Assembly (NCBI GenBank): GCA_002269645.1
Contig: NIVC01002550.1
Location: forward strand, 1 to 64,000
From: Macrostomum lignano
Taxonomy: Eukaryota
DNA: 64,000 nucleotides
Direction of reading: 5' to 3'
Position numbers and translations under genes: made by a program. This document shows, piece by piece, positions 34,946 through 47,368 of the stretch; positions within the stretch are counted from its first letter, which is position 1, and each line of letters starts with the position of its first letter. Under the pieces are notes generated by a model. It was not told the origin of the DNA and did no database searches. It worked only from the letters and a program-made list of their open reading frames with translations.

Positions 34946-36463
34946 TCTATTCACAAAAAACTCATTAATACAGACTAAATGACTCTAGATCAAACTATTT
35001 AAGTTAAAGTAATGATTACATGCGTTGTGGACGACGTGAAAGTTAAGACACGCCTGTTCAAAGCAATCTTTGCTTCTAAAGTAAAACAAATTTACAATAT
35101 GAGTTTTTGTAAAAGTTTATATTAAAATACAAACTGTGTAAAGAAGTTGACTATAAAAACATTCTTTGGGCACCTCGTTATTTATAAAATTTGTCTAAAT
35201 ACATCGCAGATTATATATAATTTAACCTGCAGGGGATAAAAAAAGTTGCGCTATAACTGTTAGTTAATTACGAGAAATTAGTGCATTAGCCAGCCTTCAA
35301 TCAAATGATAATGAACTCAAATGAACGCAAGTTTAACTCCGAGAAGTGCGTGTTTATCGAATGAACTAGTAGCAATATATACGAGTACATGTGATATATG
35401 ACTATTAATTATGCATATTGACTCGATCGTCTGATGTTTAACAATGAACCACAGTATCAACGAAAACGGACTGGGGGAATAGATTAAATATTACATCCAC
35501 AGTATTTTTGCGTTTGGTCAGGGACCAGAATACGACAGCTAAAGTTCTGGTTGAGTAAGCTCACTAATAAAGATTGATAGAATGAAACGATCGAGAACAA
35601 ACATAAACTTGCTACAATTGTTTTTATTTTATTTTATGGCCAATGCAATGCATTTCGAACCTTATAGAATATAGGTCATAGTCAAGGCAGTAATTAAAAT
35701 AGAAAATTATTTAGCTAGTAATATTTCGTTGAATTATTAATATACATGTATAACGCATATATAGTTCTCGTAGAGTCGAACAAGTTCAAACAGGGGATCG
35801 AGAGAGCAAACGGTGCAGTAGCACGTATATGTACACTCCAAGCTAAAACACGCTGAGTTGGCGGCTGGCAGTTTAGGCTAGGGTTCTAAATCTTTGATGT
35901 ACATATATAGCCTCTAAGATGCTCAAAGTGTGCTCATAGCGGCGGGATAGATAATCTTAAATAAATCGATAGGTCTAGATCTAATTTCTACGAGCGTATG
36001 TTTTATCGTTCTAGATATATGATTACGAGTACTAAACTATAATAGCTGCAGCTGAGACTGACAAGTTACAGCGTATTTTGTGTTGTTATTGCAGCTAAAA
36101 TATATACATGTACACATGTAATTACACTAAGTCACGATAAGCCCTATTCCCATCATATTATCGCACAAAGATATAAATGTATAGAAGAATAACTACGAGC
36201 TAATAAAGTAGCTAGCTAAATAGCTATACACAGAATCAGCGACATTAATACATGCAACCATGCAGCCAATCACTGATAGTCACTCACTCGTTTATCTTAC
36301 TCTGGCATGGCAATCCAATCACAAAACAGATAGATCGCGCGGAGCCTATATGCGCAGGGGACGTGGAGGCAAAGCGGAATTATGAAGATGGCCCTGTCAT
36401 AAATTTCTAGTCTCAAGCAGCTGCATCCCTCCTTCTTTGCTCATCTCGACTTACAAGATATTG

Positions 36464-36470
36464 TATAAAA
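36464..36470 (+). promoter_or_regulatory. Candidate TATA box of the secreted-protein gene
   Basis: TATAAAA about 60 nt upstream of the ATG at 36531. Confidence 0.45.
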
Positions 36471-36530
36471 ATTCACATTAAATAGAACTCATCAAATTTT
36501 TCTCCGCGAGAACTTTTGCAAAGCAACAAC

Positions 36531-39092
36531 ATGCAGCTGATGTTCTCTTTAGGTCTGGCTCTACTGCTTCTAGAAGCCGTTGCTAGTGGATCACCCGTTA
36601 CTGTAAGTTTGTAGTGCATGTAATCAAACAGAAAGACCATGTACACAGTGTCATATTGCCTTCAACTCAGATCCCTCAGTGCCTGCTGCGGCCCTCCCCT
36701 CAGATCCCTCAGTGCCTGCTGCCCCTCGATCCCCTCAGATCCTTCAGTGCCTGCTGCCCCTCCCCTCAGATCCTTCAGTGCCTGCTGCCCCTCCCCTCAG
36801 ATCCTTCAGTGCCTGCTGCCCCTCCCCTCAGATCCTTCAGTGCCTGCTGCCCCTCCCCTCAGATCCTTCAGTGCCTGCTGCCCCTCCCCTCAGATCCTTC
36901 AGTGCCTGCTGCCCCTCCCCTCAGATCCTTCAGTGGCTGCTGCCCCTCCCCTCAGATCCTTCAGTGCCTGCTGCGGCCCTCCCCTCAGATCCTTCAGTGC
37001 CTGCTGCGGCCCTCCCTTCAGATCCTTCAGTGCCTGCTGCCCCTCCCCTCAAATCCTTCAGTGCCTGCTGCGGCCCTCCCCTCAGATCCTTCAGTGCCTG
37101 CTGCGGCCCTCCCTTCAGATCCTTCAGTGCCTGCTGCCCCTCCCCTCAGATCCTTCAGTGCCTGCTGCCCCTCCCCTCAGATCCTTCAGTGCCTGCTGCG
37201 GCCCTCCCCTCAGATCCTTCAGTGCCTGCTGCGGCCCTCCCCTCAGATCCTTCAGTGGCTGCTGCCCCTCCCCTTCAGATCCTTCAGTGGCTGCTGCCCC
37301 TCCCCTCAGATCCTTCAGTGCCTGCTGCGGCCCTCCCCTCAGATCCTTCAGTGCCTGCTGCCCCTCCCCTCAGATCCTTCAGTGCCTGCTGCCCCTCCCT
37401 TCAGATCCTTCAGTGCCTGCTGCCCCTCCCCTCAGATCCTTCAGTGCCTGCGGATTCAATCCTTTATTCGCTGATTCATTTTAGCCGAGACCTAGCTGGA
37501 ACAGGAACTAGCTTCCATGAACAAGATCCAATTTATACCAATCAGAGAAACCCTTCTGACTGCATCTTATCACCGATTAGCAATCAGCGATATTTGCTGA
37601 GAAAACGGAAAGTTAGCAATAAAAAATTGCTAAGCAAATTGAGATTTAGCTGCCCGCTTAGCACACATTTTGTGGCTTGCTAGAAAGGCCGTAAGCCTTG
37701 ATCCAGACCTGAACTAACACATGAAAATCTATCACTATAAGTCCACCCTAAGCAATTTGCATAACCACCAATGATCTAACTTAATGCCATATTCTTGCTG
37801 ATAATTGTGCAAATTTGCCAATGTCAAATTCTTGGGCTGCAGAAAATGTCTGATTTCTTTCAAAAGAAAGAAATCTTCGCTAGTTTCATAATTCCCATCT
37901 TTGTTCATTCTCCGTACGCGTCAGAGTAAATGGCAAATTCTTTTGGGATTCGTTAAGCCTCTCGAAGATTAAATATTAGGGGAGGGATTATCAAGTCAAG
38001 TCAAGATCTTGATCCCTTCATTTGATTTCCTAATTTGAACAGTTCGACTTACCTGTCACTTCATCTCTAACACTGTCTGTGTCTCAGCGTTCGAGAGAAA
38101 TCTGTCTTAGAGTAATTTCAATTAATTAGAAACAGGCTAATGGTGAAATGACAGAAGATGGACTAGAGAAGATATAGAGGGCGAAGAAGGGAGACAGGGT
38201 GAGAAGGGAGACAGAGAGGGAGAGAAGGGAGACAAAGAGGGAGAGAAGGGAGACAGAGGGGGAGAAGGGAGACAGAGGGGGAGAGAAGGGAGACAGAGAA
38301 GGAGAGAAGGGAGACAGAGAGGGAGAGAAGGGAGACAGAGAGGGAGAGAAGGGAGACAGAGGGGGAGAGAAGGGAGATAGAGAGGGAGAGAAGGGAGACA
38401 GAGAGGGAGAGAAGGGAGACAAAGAGGGAGAGAAGGGAGATAGAGAGGGTGAGAAGGGAGACAGAGAGGGAGAGAAGGGAGACAGAGAGGGAGAGAAGGG
38501 AGATAGAGAGGGAGAGAAGGGAGACAGAGGGGGAGAGAAGGGAGACAGAGAGGGAGAGAAGGGAGACAGAGAGGGAGAGAAGGGAGACAGAGAGGGAGAG
38601 AAGGGAGACAGAGAGGGAGAGAAGGGAGACAGAGAGGGAGAGAAGGGAGACAGAGAGGGAGAGAAGGGAGACAGAGAGGGAGAGAAGGGAGACAATGAGG
38701 GAGAAGGGAGAGAGAGAGAGAGAGAGGCAGCACATAGAGAAAAGCGACAGCATTCAACACTGGCGGCAAAATGAATGCTACTACAAGTAGCTTAACAGCA
38801 CTCTCGCGCAAACCCATAATCCAAGCAGGCGGCTGACGAAGACCCGGCAGCCACGGCGGAATGCGCTGCCACCGGTCGCAACTGTCGAGGCGGAGTCCGC
38901 GACGCCGCGGTGCTGCGCTCGGAAACACGCCTGATGCGGCTGTTCTTCGAGGAGATGGGCCTGCCGCTGCCGGCAGAGTGCCGCGCCCCTTGCAACCAGC
39001 TGGGCTCCCGCGCGGCCACCAACCGGTGCGTCGGTGCCTGCTACGGAGCCATGCTGAACTCCGTCAACTTGGAGAGGCAGCTGCTCAGCTGA
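36531..39092 (+). CDS. Small secreted Cys-rich orphan protein, 111 aa; exons 36531-36602 and 38829-39092
   Basis: Signal-peptide-like exon [24 protein letters not shown] with GTAAGT donor (phase 0); acceptor aagcag at 38828 opens [19 protein letters not shown]...[38 protein letters not shown]; GC-rich, coding-like composition. Confidence 0.62.
36666..37452. repeat. S31 minisatellite, about 25 copies
   Basis: Same 31-bp unit as 15786 and 44397. Confidence 0.95.
38175..38726. repeat. 21-bp polypurine minisatellite ending in (GA)n
   Basis: Unit gagagggagagaagggagaca, about 25 copies. Confidence 0.95.
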
Positions 39093-39469
39093 GAACATCG
39101 ATGCGTCCCGTTCATCAAGGACTGATTGAAGGACTTTTAATGACACAAGACTAACAACTGATTAATTGAATCGCAAATAAACCGTTAGAGAGAAATAAAA
39201 ATGAGATGAGAGCTCGCTTCAACAGAGCAACAAAGCGTGATGGTTCATAAAAAAATTAATGCGCAAATACCAGCAACCAAGTTGAAAGTTGTACATGTAG
39301 AACTGCTTGATTATAATTATAAAAGTGAGGAATTCTAGCTATATCATTATTAACACGAAGAGTGCAACGATCAGAGGAGATAAGAGAATAATTCCCGAAA
39401 TAAGCAAACTCTCAAAGTTGGGAATTCCAAAAATGAATAAACTCTGAAAGATGGAAATTCCCTAAAAAT

Positions 39470-40320
39470 TAGACTAGCAGAGGGGGATTCCCAAAATAAT
39501 CATCATCAAAGATGGAAACTACCAAAAAATCAGACTCTAAAACATGGGAATTCCCAAACTGATCAGACTCTCTCAGAGGGGAATTCCCAATCTGATCAGA
39601 CTCTTTCAGAGGGGAATTCCCAAACTGATCAGACTCTCTCAGAGGGGAATTCCCAATCTGATCAGACTCTCTCAGAGGGGAATTCCCAAACTGATCAGAC
39701 TCTTAGAGGGAAATTCCCAATCTGATCAGACTCTCTCAGAGGGGAATTCCCAAACTGATCAGACTCTCTCAGAGGGGAATTCCCAAACTGATCAGACTCT
39801 CTCAGAGGGGAATTCCCAAACTGATCAGACTCTCTTAGATGGGGAATTTCGAAACTGTTCAGACTCTCAGATGGGGAATTTCCAAACTGATCACTCTCTC
39901 AGAGGGGGAATTCCCAAACTGGTCAGACTCTCTCACATGGGGAATTCCCAAACTGATCAGACTCTCACGAGGGGAATTCCCAAACTGATCACTCTCAGAG
40001 GGGGAATTTCCAAATTAATCAGAATCTTTTAGAGGGGGAATTCCCAATTTGATCAGACTCTTTCAGAGGGGGAATTCCCAATTTGATCAGAATCTTTCAG
40101 AGGGGGAATTCCCAATTTGATCAGACTCTCTCAGAGGGGAAATTTCCAATTTAATCAGACTCTTTCAGAGGGGGAATTCCCAATTTGATCAGACTTTCTC
40201 AGAGGGGAAATTTCCAATTTAATCAGACTCTCTCAGAGGGGGAATTCCCAATTTGATCAGACTCTCTCAGAGGGGGAATTTCCAAATTAATCAGACTCTC
40301 TCAGATAGGAAATTTCCAAA
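39470..40320. repeat. 33-34 bp minisatellite with palindromic subunits
   Basis: Unit ggggaattcccaaactgatcagactctctcaga; gaattccc recurs at 39548 and 39581. Confidence 0.92.
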
Positions 40321-41175
40321 CCGATCTCACTCATGATCGCGGGGGAATTCCAGTGAAAAAAATGTACTCTATAAAATTTAATCACGTGATGCCCCAAATG
40401 ATCTTGTCCACTCAGAAAAACCTGAGAGTGGGGATTCCCACGGTTAGCAGCACTAGATTGCAACTCTCTAGAATTCCTTATTAGTAAGTTCTTCACAGAC
40501 TCACGCATCACTGCTCAGCTAAGAATCATTGACAGAACCGGTGCACACTTGAGTCTAATGGCTCGCCTTGGCTCCTCCTTGCAGCACTTAAGCCGACAGG
40601 CAGATATGATCAGAGAAGACCAACCTTGAAGAAAGATAATTATTTGCTTCATTACGATGCTCAGGTCTAAAGTAATCCATCTTAGCACGATTCTCTGCTA
40701 TTTGTATAATTGTGGCCCTTCAAATCAAATTTAATCCATTGAGACACGAATGTTTCATTACATACGATCCTAATTAGGATAATTTTCATCGAATATACCT
40801 TCAAATGAATAAAACAATACAAGCAAAATTAATAAGCTTTTCTATCCTTGCAATTATCCGATTTGCATAATTATATCATTATTACAATTGAGCTGCCACT
40901 CAATCTTCATCAAGCGACTGTATTACTGTTTTATCTTCATCCAATATCATACCCTAACATCGCATCGGGGGAACACACGCCAAACTCAGAGTTAGTTTAT
41001 AAGCAAAATGCGCGTCTATTGAAAAATAGAACGAATTTATTTTTCATTTCAAATCGCGACTTCTAGATTTGCCAATTAGCAGAACAATCAGATTGGCTTG
41101 TTTGGGAAAAACAAGCTTGAGTTGAAAAGGCAGCAATATTGTTGTTGTACTCGCTTCAGCTCAGAGGGAGTGGCG

Positions 41176-41925
41176 CTGGCCCAGCAACTGAGGATCTGGG
41201 AGGCTGGCCCAGCAACTGAGGATCTGGGAGGCTGGTGGCCCAGCAACTGAGGATCTGGGAGGCTGGTGGCCCAGCAACTGAGGATCTGGGAGGCTGGCCC
41301 AGCAACTGAGGATCTGTGAGGCTGGCCCAGCAACTGGGGATCTGGGAGGCTGGTGGCCCAGCAACTGAGGATCTGGGAGGCTGGTGGCCCAGCAACTGAG
41401 GATCTGGGAGGCTGGCCCAGCAACTGAGGATCTGTGAGGCTGGCCCAGCAACTGGGGATCTGGGAGGCTGGTGGCCCAGCAACTGAGGATCTGGGAGGCT
41501 GGCCCAGCAACTGAGGATCTGGGAGGCTGGCCTAGCAACTGAGGATCTGGGAGGCTGGCCTAGCAACTGAGGATCTGGGAGGCTGGCCCAGCAACTGAGG
41601 ATCTGGGAGGCTGGCCCAGCAACTGAGGATCTGGGAGGCTGGCCCAGCAACTGAGGATCTGGGAGGCTGGTGGCCCAGCAACTGAGGATCTGGAGGCTGG
41701 TGGCCCAGCAACTGAGGATCTGGGGGGCTGGCCCAGCAACTGAGGATCTGGAGGCTGGTGGCCCAGCAACTGAGGATCTGGGGGGCTGGCCCAGCAACTG
41801 AGGATCTGGAGGCTGGTGGCCCAGCAACTGAGGATCTGGGGGGCTGGCCCAGCAACTGAGGATCTGGAGGCTGGTGGCCCAGCAACTGAGGATCTGGGGG
41901 GCTGGCCCAGCAACTGAGGATCTGG
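41176..41925. repeat. 27-31 bp minisatellite, reverse-oriented relative of S31
   Basis: Unit ggcccagcaactgaggatctgggaggctggt; its reverse complement shares cagatcct-cagt-gctg with S31. Confidence 0.92.
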
Positions 41926-42017
41926 CAGGCCAAATGTTAAACTTGAGAATTCACCCAGTTACTTGCCTAGCAACAGTAGACAGACTCTCCCCCAAAGCCC
42001 AGCCGATCGCAGAGCAG

Positions 42018-45000
42018 TCAGACAGGCACCCCTCTGGTCCGCAGGTACTCCCTAGCCTTGGCGTGCTCCCGCACGTCCCACACCTGAAATCCGGTCAACC
42101 CAGTAATCCCCAGCACGCACTGACAGTCAGGGTTCACTGTCAATTTAGTCACCTCGCCGATGTTCCAATTTCTATTAGCCAAGGACTTCCATTCGCCGTC
42201 GGGATTGGAGCGCCACAGTCTGACAAGGCCGTCAGCCCCGCCGGTGCAGAGAAGGCCGGAATCGGTCAGGCAGAGGCCGCTGCAGGCTCCGTCGTGAGCA
42301 GTCAGGGTGGACACGGGGGCGCCGGGGGCTCGGGCGTCGCAGCGCTGCACGGAGCCACGCTCGGTAGAGGCCATCAGGAAGAACGGATTCCGGCTGTCCC
42401 AGACTAGGCGCTCGCATTCGCCGTCAAGACGCCACGATGGGGCGGAGCCGGCGGCTGGCGCTGATGAGGCTGAAGATGCTGACTGTTGCTGTTGTTGTTG
42501 AGGGGCTCGACAGTCTGACAGACGAACTGTTGAGTCGTAGCCGCCAGTGAGCAATAGGTGAGGCTCCTGTCAAATTTATTACTAGAGATTATTATTTCAG
42601 CGGTTATTTTGCCTACTAACAAGTAGCGAGATTAGAATATATGAAATCGATTAACTTGTTAGTGTACGTAATTCATGGGGTTGTCTTGAGGGCGATTCTT
42701 GGGGTTGTCTGGAGGGAGATTCTTGGGTTGTCTTGAGGGCGATTCTTGGGGTTGTCTGGAGGGAGATTCTTGGGTTGTCTTGAGGGCGATTCTTGGGGTT
42801 GTCTGGAGGGAGATTCTTGGGGTTGACTTGAGGGGCGATTTTTGGGGTTGTCTTGAGGGGCGATTCTTGGGGTTGTCTTGAGGGGCGATTTTTGGGGTTG
42901 TCTTGAGGGGCGATTCTTGGGGTTGACTTGAGGGGCGATTTTTGGGGTTGTCTTGAGGGGCGATTTTTGGGGTTGTCTTGAGGGGCGATTCTTGGGGTTG
43001 TCTTGAGGGGCGATTCTTGGGGTTGTCTTGAGGGGCGATTCTTGGGGTTGTCTTGAGGGCGATTCTTGGGGTTGTCTTGAGGGCGATTCTTGGGGTTGTC
43101 TTGAGGGGCGATTCTTGGGTTTGACTTGAGGGCGATTTTTGGGGTTGTCTTGAAGGGCGATTCTTGGGGTTGTCTTGAGGGGCGATTCTTGGGTTTGTCT
43201 TCAAGGCGATTCTCGCTATGCTATCTCACAGCCGAGCTGCATTACCTGCGGGTGCCAGGCCAGGCACTGCACCTTGTCAGAGTGCAGCTTGTCCAGCATC
43301 CTGACGCAACGCTTAGCGTCCAGATCCCACAGGCCCACAGATTTGTCGGCGCTGGCGCTGGCCAGAGCCTGGGGGGAGCGCGGATTCCAGGAAACGTCCA
43401 ACACAGCGTCTTTGTGACCTGAGGATAGCGGATAGTATATATTCAATAGAGTTCCAATTCGGAACTGAAGGCAAACGCAAACAAGAATCAAGTCGCCAGC
43501 CTTACCGACCGTCGAGATAATCAACGATTCTGATACTCAATGTACACCCCTGTGCGCCAATCAGCACTTCGCCTCAGTGCAGCCTTGCCAAGCATCCAAA
43601 TTTTATCAGCACAAAGCCGGAGCTTCTGGACCTTCAACAGGTCGCACCAGGTGACCAAATCTCGAACAGTGGGCAAACTTCAACTGCTGGACATCCTTAA
43701 CGAATCTCTCAAGCATTCCACCATACCCCCTTCGTTAATTCCAGGCTGAAGACACGCTCACACAGGGTGCACAACGGCCCTAATTGACGGTCTAATCGTC
43801 AAGCATGTACACTCTCTGTACATAAAAAGTGCACACTTGCCTTCCAACTGCACAGACGGCAGCAGAGCCTCGATCAAGTCCAGATCCCACAGCTGAATGG
43901 ACTGCTCCATTCTGCCAATAGCCAGCAGGTGACCGCCCCTGCCAACAAATTCGAAGCACAGCGGCATCGAGTCCAAATAGAAGCACCTGTGCTCGTAGAA
44001 CTGCTTATTAGGCTCATTGTAAACGTGTATTTGAGCCTCTGAGATGCCCTGGTTCTGCTGCACCTGGGCAACGACAACCAGATTGTCTGTTGGCACCAGC
44101 TTGGAGTCCTCGTCTTCGTCGTCCTCCTCGTCGTCTGTGCCGTCATCAGCCGCGTCTGCATCAGCCGGCTGGATGTCGTCAATGTCTTCGGCATCGTCGT
44201 CTGGCGCCTCGTTCTCAGCGTCGCCGCCAGCGTCAGCGTCCATGACCTCGCCGCCTGACTGTCCTGCGGCAGCGGCTCTGGCAGCTTGGCTAAATTTACA
44301 GAGAAGTAGCTTTGTTTGAGTTGGTTGTAGACAACTGCTCACAGCTCTTTGAGAATTCTTCATTGAACTGTTGATAACCATGATTGGATATTCTGTCTGC
44401 CCCTCCCCTCAGACCCTTCAGTGCCTGCTGCCCCTCCCCTCAGACCCTTCAGTGCCTGCTGCCCCTCCCCTCAGACCCTTCAGTGCCTGCTGCCCCTCCC
44501 CTCAGATCCTTCAGTGCCTGCTGCCCCTCCCCTCAGATCCTTCAGTGCCTGCTGCCCCTCCCCTCAGATCCTTCAGTGCCTGCTGCCCCTCCCCTCAGAT
44601 CCTTCAGTGCCTGCTGCCCCTCCCCTCAGACCCTTCAGTGCCTGCTGCCCCTCCCCTCAGACCCTTCAGTGCCTGCTGCCCCTCCCCTCAGATCCTTCAG
44701 TGCCTGCTGCCCCTCCCCTCAGATCCTTCAGTGCCTGCTGCCCCTCCCCTCAGATCCCTCAGTGCCTGCTGCCCCTCCCCTCAGACCCTTCAGTGCCTGC
44801 TGCCCCTCCCCTTAGACCCTTCAGTGCCTGCTGCCCCTCCCCTCAGATCCTTCAGTGCCTGCTGCCCTCCCCTCAGACCCTTCAGTGCCTGCTGCCCCTC
44901 CCCTCAGACCCTTCAGTGCCTGCTGCCCCTCCCCTTAGACCCTTCAGTGCCTGCTGCCCCTCCCCTCAGATCCTTCAGTGCCTGCTGCCCTCCCCTCAGA

Positions 45001-47368
45001 CCCTTCAGTGCCTGCTGCCCCTCCCCTCAGATCCCTCAGTGCCTGCTGCCCCTCCCCTCAGATCCTTCAGTGCCTGCTGCCCCTCCCCTCAGATCCTTCA
45101 GTGGCTGCTGCCCCTCCCCTCAGATCCTTCAGTGGCTGCTGCCCCTCCCCTCAGATCCTTCAGTGGCTGCTGCCCCTCCCCTCAGATCCTTCAGTGGCAG
45201 CTGCCCCCCCCCTCAGATCTTTTAGTGGGTGCTATAGCCCCATTATATAGCCTGTATATGAGTGGGCACCATTACCTTTACCCTAATCTTAGCAGTTTAT
45301 ATTTAGAATATTGATTTGCAAAGTCAAGTTAAAGCTATTAAGACTTACAGATCTCGTCTTGCTTTGGCAGCCTCATCATTTAATAACTGAGCATAGTTTT
45401 CATCTTTGTCTGCCTAAAATTAATGAAAAGATTGTTTTCTTAAAGTTCTAACAAAGTTAAGTTAATGAGACCAAATAAATTAATAGATAATTTTGAAAGA
45501 CTAACATTCTAGTTAATTAAAGGTATTAAGTTACTATTAACATTTATCATTTAGGACTAGGTTTATTTGAACTAGCAATAAAGCTGAAAGTGAATACAAT
45601 CTATTTGTGTAACTGAATCAATAACTATGTACCTAATTTTATATATAGTTAATCTAGATAGTTTTTACACAATTAAAACAATTGGCTTGCATTTGTAATG
45701 CATAGCAAAAGAGCTAGCAATTCAATTAGCAAAAAGTTAAAAATATAAAAGCCAGCAAGCAAGCTTTTTTAAATTCTACCTACTAAAACTCAATGTCTAT
45801 AACCAAAACATAGAGGCCTAGAAGGAATAAAAATTGGTTTCACTTTAGATACCACCATTTGCATTCTACATGCCATATTGTAGATTATATTATATATATT
45901 TGGCTATCAAGTAATATATATAGAATGCTAGAATAGTATGCCAATCAAGTGTTTTATTAAATTGTATGAGTATACCAATTAAAATTTTATGACTAACAAA
46001 CACAGAAAAAATGCAATAAGCAATAGACACTATAAGTAATTCCTGCAAAACATGAAACCTATATCATTAAAAAATAGAAATAATTAATAGAACAAAAGTT
46101 TTTATATATATTATAACATTGATTTAGGTTCATTTTTTATTAGTAACAATAGAAAATTTTTGTGTATTATTTGAAAACTTAATTTATTGTCATCTTTTGA
46201 AATTAACTTTAATAGGTCTTTAGCAAAGGATTGCTTAGGCTTAGCATAATTTATTTATATAATATAATAATACATTCTTTATGCTTTTTTTTGCATTGCA
46301 CTGCAAGCTTAAACAAGTTTGGTTAAGAACTTTAAGCCAATAATGGTGCCAGAAAGTTGCATTTTCTTCTTGTAAACCCAATGTACATGAGCCAAACTAA
46401 AGCATTTGTTCAATTGTTTGCTAGATGTACACCAGTAAAGCATTTGTATGCCATAATTTTTTGGCCAATATTTTCTGCAATGGCAGTGCTTATTTTCTGC
46501 TTATCCGCACGGCACACTGACGAGATAAGTCAATAAAGTGAATAAAGTGAATAAAGAGAATAAAGCGAATAAAGCAAATTGTTAAAGCAATGCAATAATC
46601 GATACAAACAAAATTGCGAATTCACATGAGTAGTAAAATTCTACGGAAGCGGCAATGGACTATATAAATCACAGCGAGATCAGATTAGACTTTGCTAAAA
46701 ATTTAAATAATAAACAATTCTTAGAGTAAATTTAATTTAAATCATTTGTTACTACACAAAAAAATTCTTTCTCATAGAAAATTCGTTAAATCTTTATTTC
46801 TTTAGAACAACTGTTCAAGCCAAGTTATGTTGTTATACTGCACTCAAATCGTATGTACTAAACTTCCCACACATCTTATGTAGAAGATAGGGCAGCTATC
46901 TCGTCAGTGTGCCATGCGGATAAGCAGAAAATTATTCGCATGGTACCGTTGGAATAAGACAAATTATTCCTACGGTACCATGGGGATAAGCACTGCCTTC
47001 TGCAATATGCGGTCTACATGTATATTTGATAATTGATATTCTCTAAAACTATCATCTTGACAAATCTAACTTTATTTTTTTTCTTTTTTATGCTGCAGTT
47101 GGCATCATTTGGGCCAGTTTTTTATTGGGGCATATTCTTTATTTGCCATTTGGTCTTAAGTTAACATGAATCATGAGAGGAATATTTTATAAATATAAAA
47201 TTACTTAGAATATAAGCTCATCACGATCTGGAATATTGTATTTTAAGCCTAAAAATATACTTTATGAACTGTGTGTCAATGTATAGGAAAACTTACATGG
47301 CGTGGTACAATATCAAAGCATCCTTGAGGCACCCAACAATGGGTTGGATAAAACTTTCGCTGAGACAT
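42018..47368 (-). CDS. PWP1: Periodic tryptophan protein 1 homolog; exons 47297-47368, 45349-45413, 43841-44289, 43246-43418, 42018-42566 (435 aa)
   Basis: N-terminal CWVPQG; acidic tract then PTDNLVVVAQ...HVYN...IQLWDLDLIEALLPSVQLE-GHKDAVLDVSWN...LASASADKSVGLWDL...HSDKVQCLAWHPQ-EPHLLLTGGYDSTV. Phases are consistent and the total (1308 nt) is divisible by 3. Confidence 0.9.
42676..43212. repeat. 26-27 bp minisatellite, PWP1 intron 4
   Basis: Unit ggcgattcttggggttgtcttgag(g)g. Confidence 0.93.
44397..45220. repeat. S31 minisatellite, about 27 copies, PWP1 intron 2
   Basis: Same 31-bp unit as 15786 and 36666. Confidence 0.95.
46482..46997. mobile_element. Mutator-like (MULE) MITE
   Basis: ggcagtgcttat...ataagcactgcc termini; 9-bp TSD ttctgcaat (46473-46481, 46998-47006); inner ~35-bp inverted repeat; internal aataaag repeats. 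Confidence 0.85.

Noticed and set aside
38049-38115. Minus-strand exon suggested by a CAG|GTAAGT donor near 38054
   Set aside because: All frames contain stops and no partner exons were found.
38126-38928. Collagen-like GEKGDRE and other repetitive ORFs
   Set aside because: Translations of a 21-bp purine repeat; no Gly-X-Y periodicity and no splice support.
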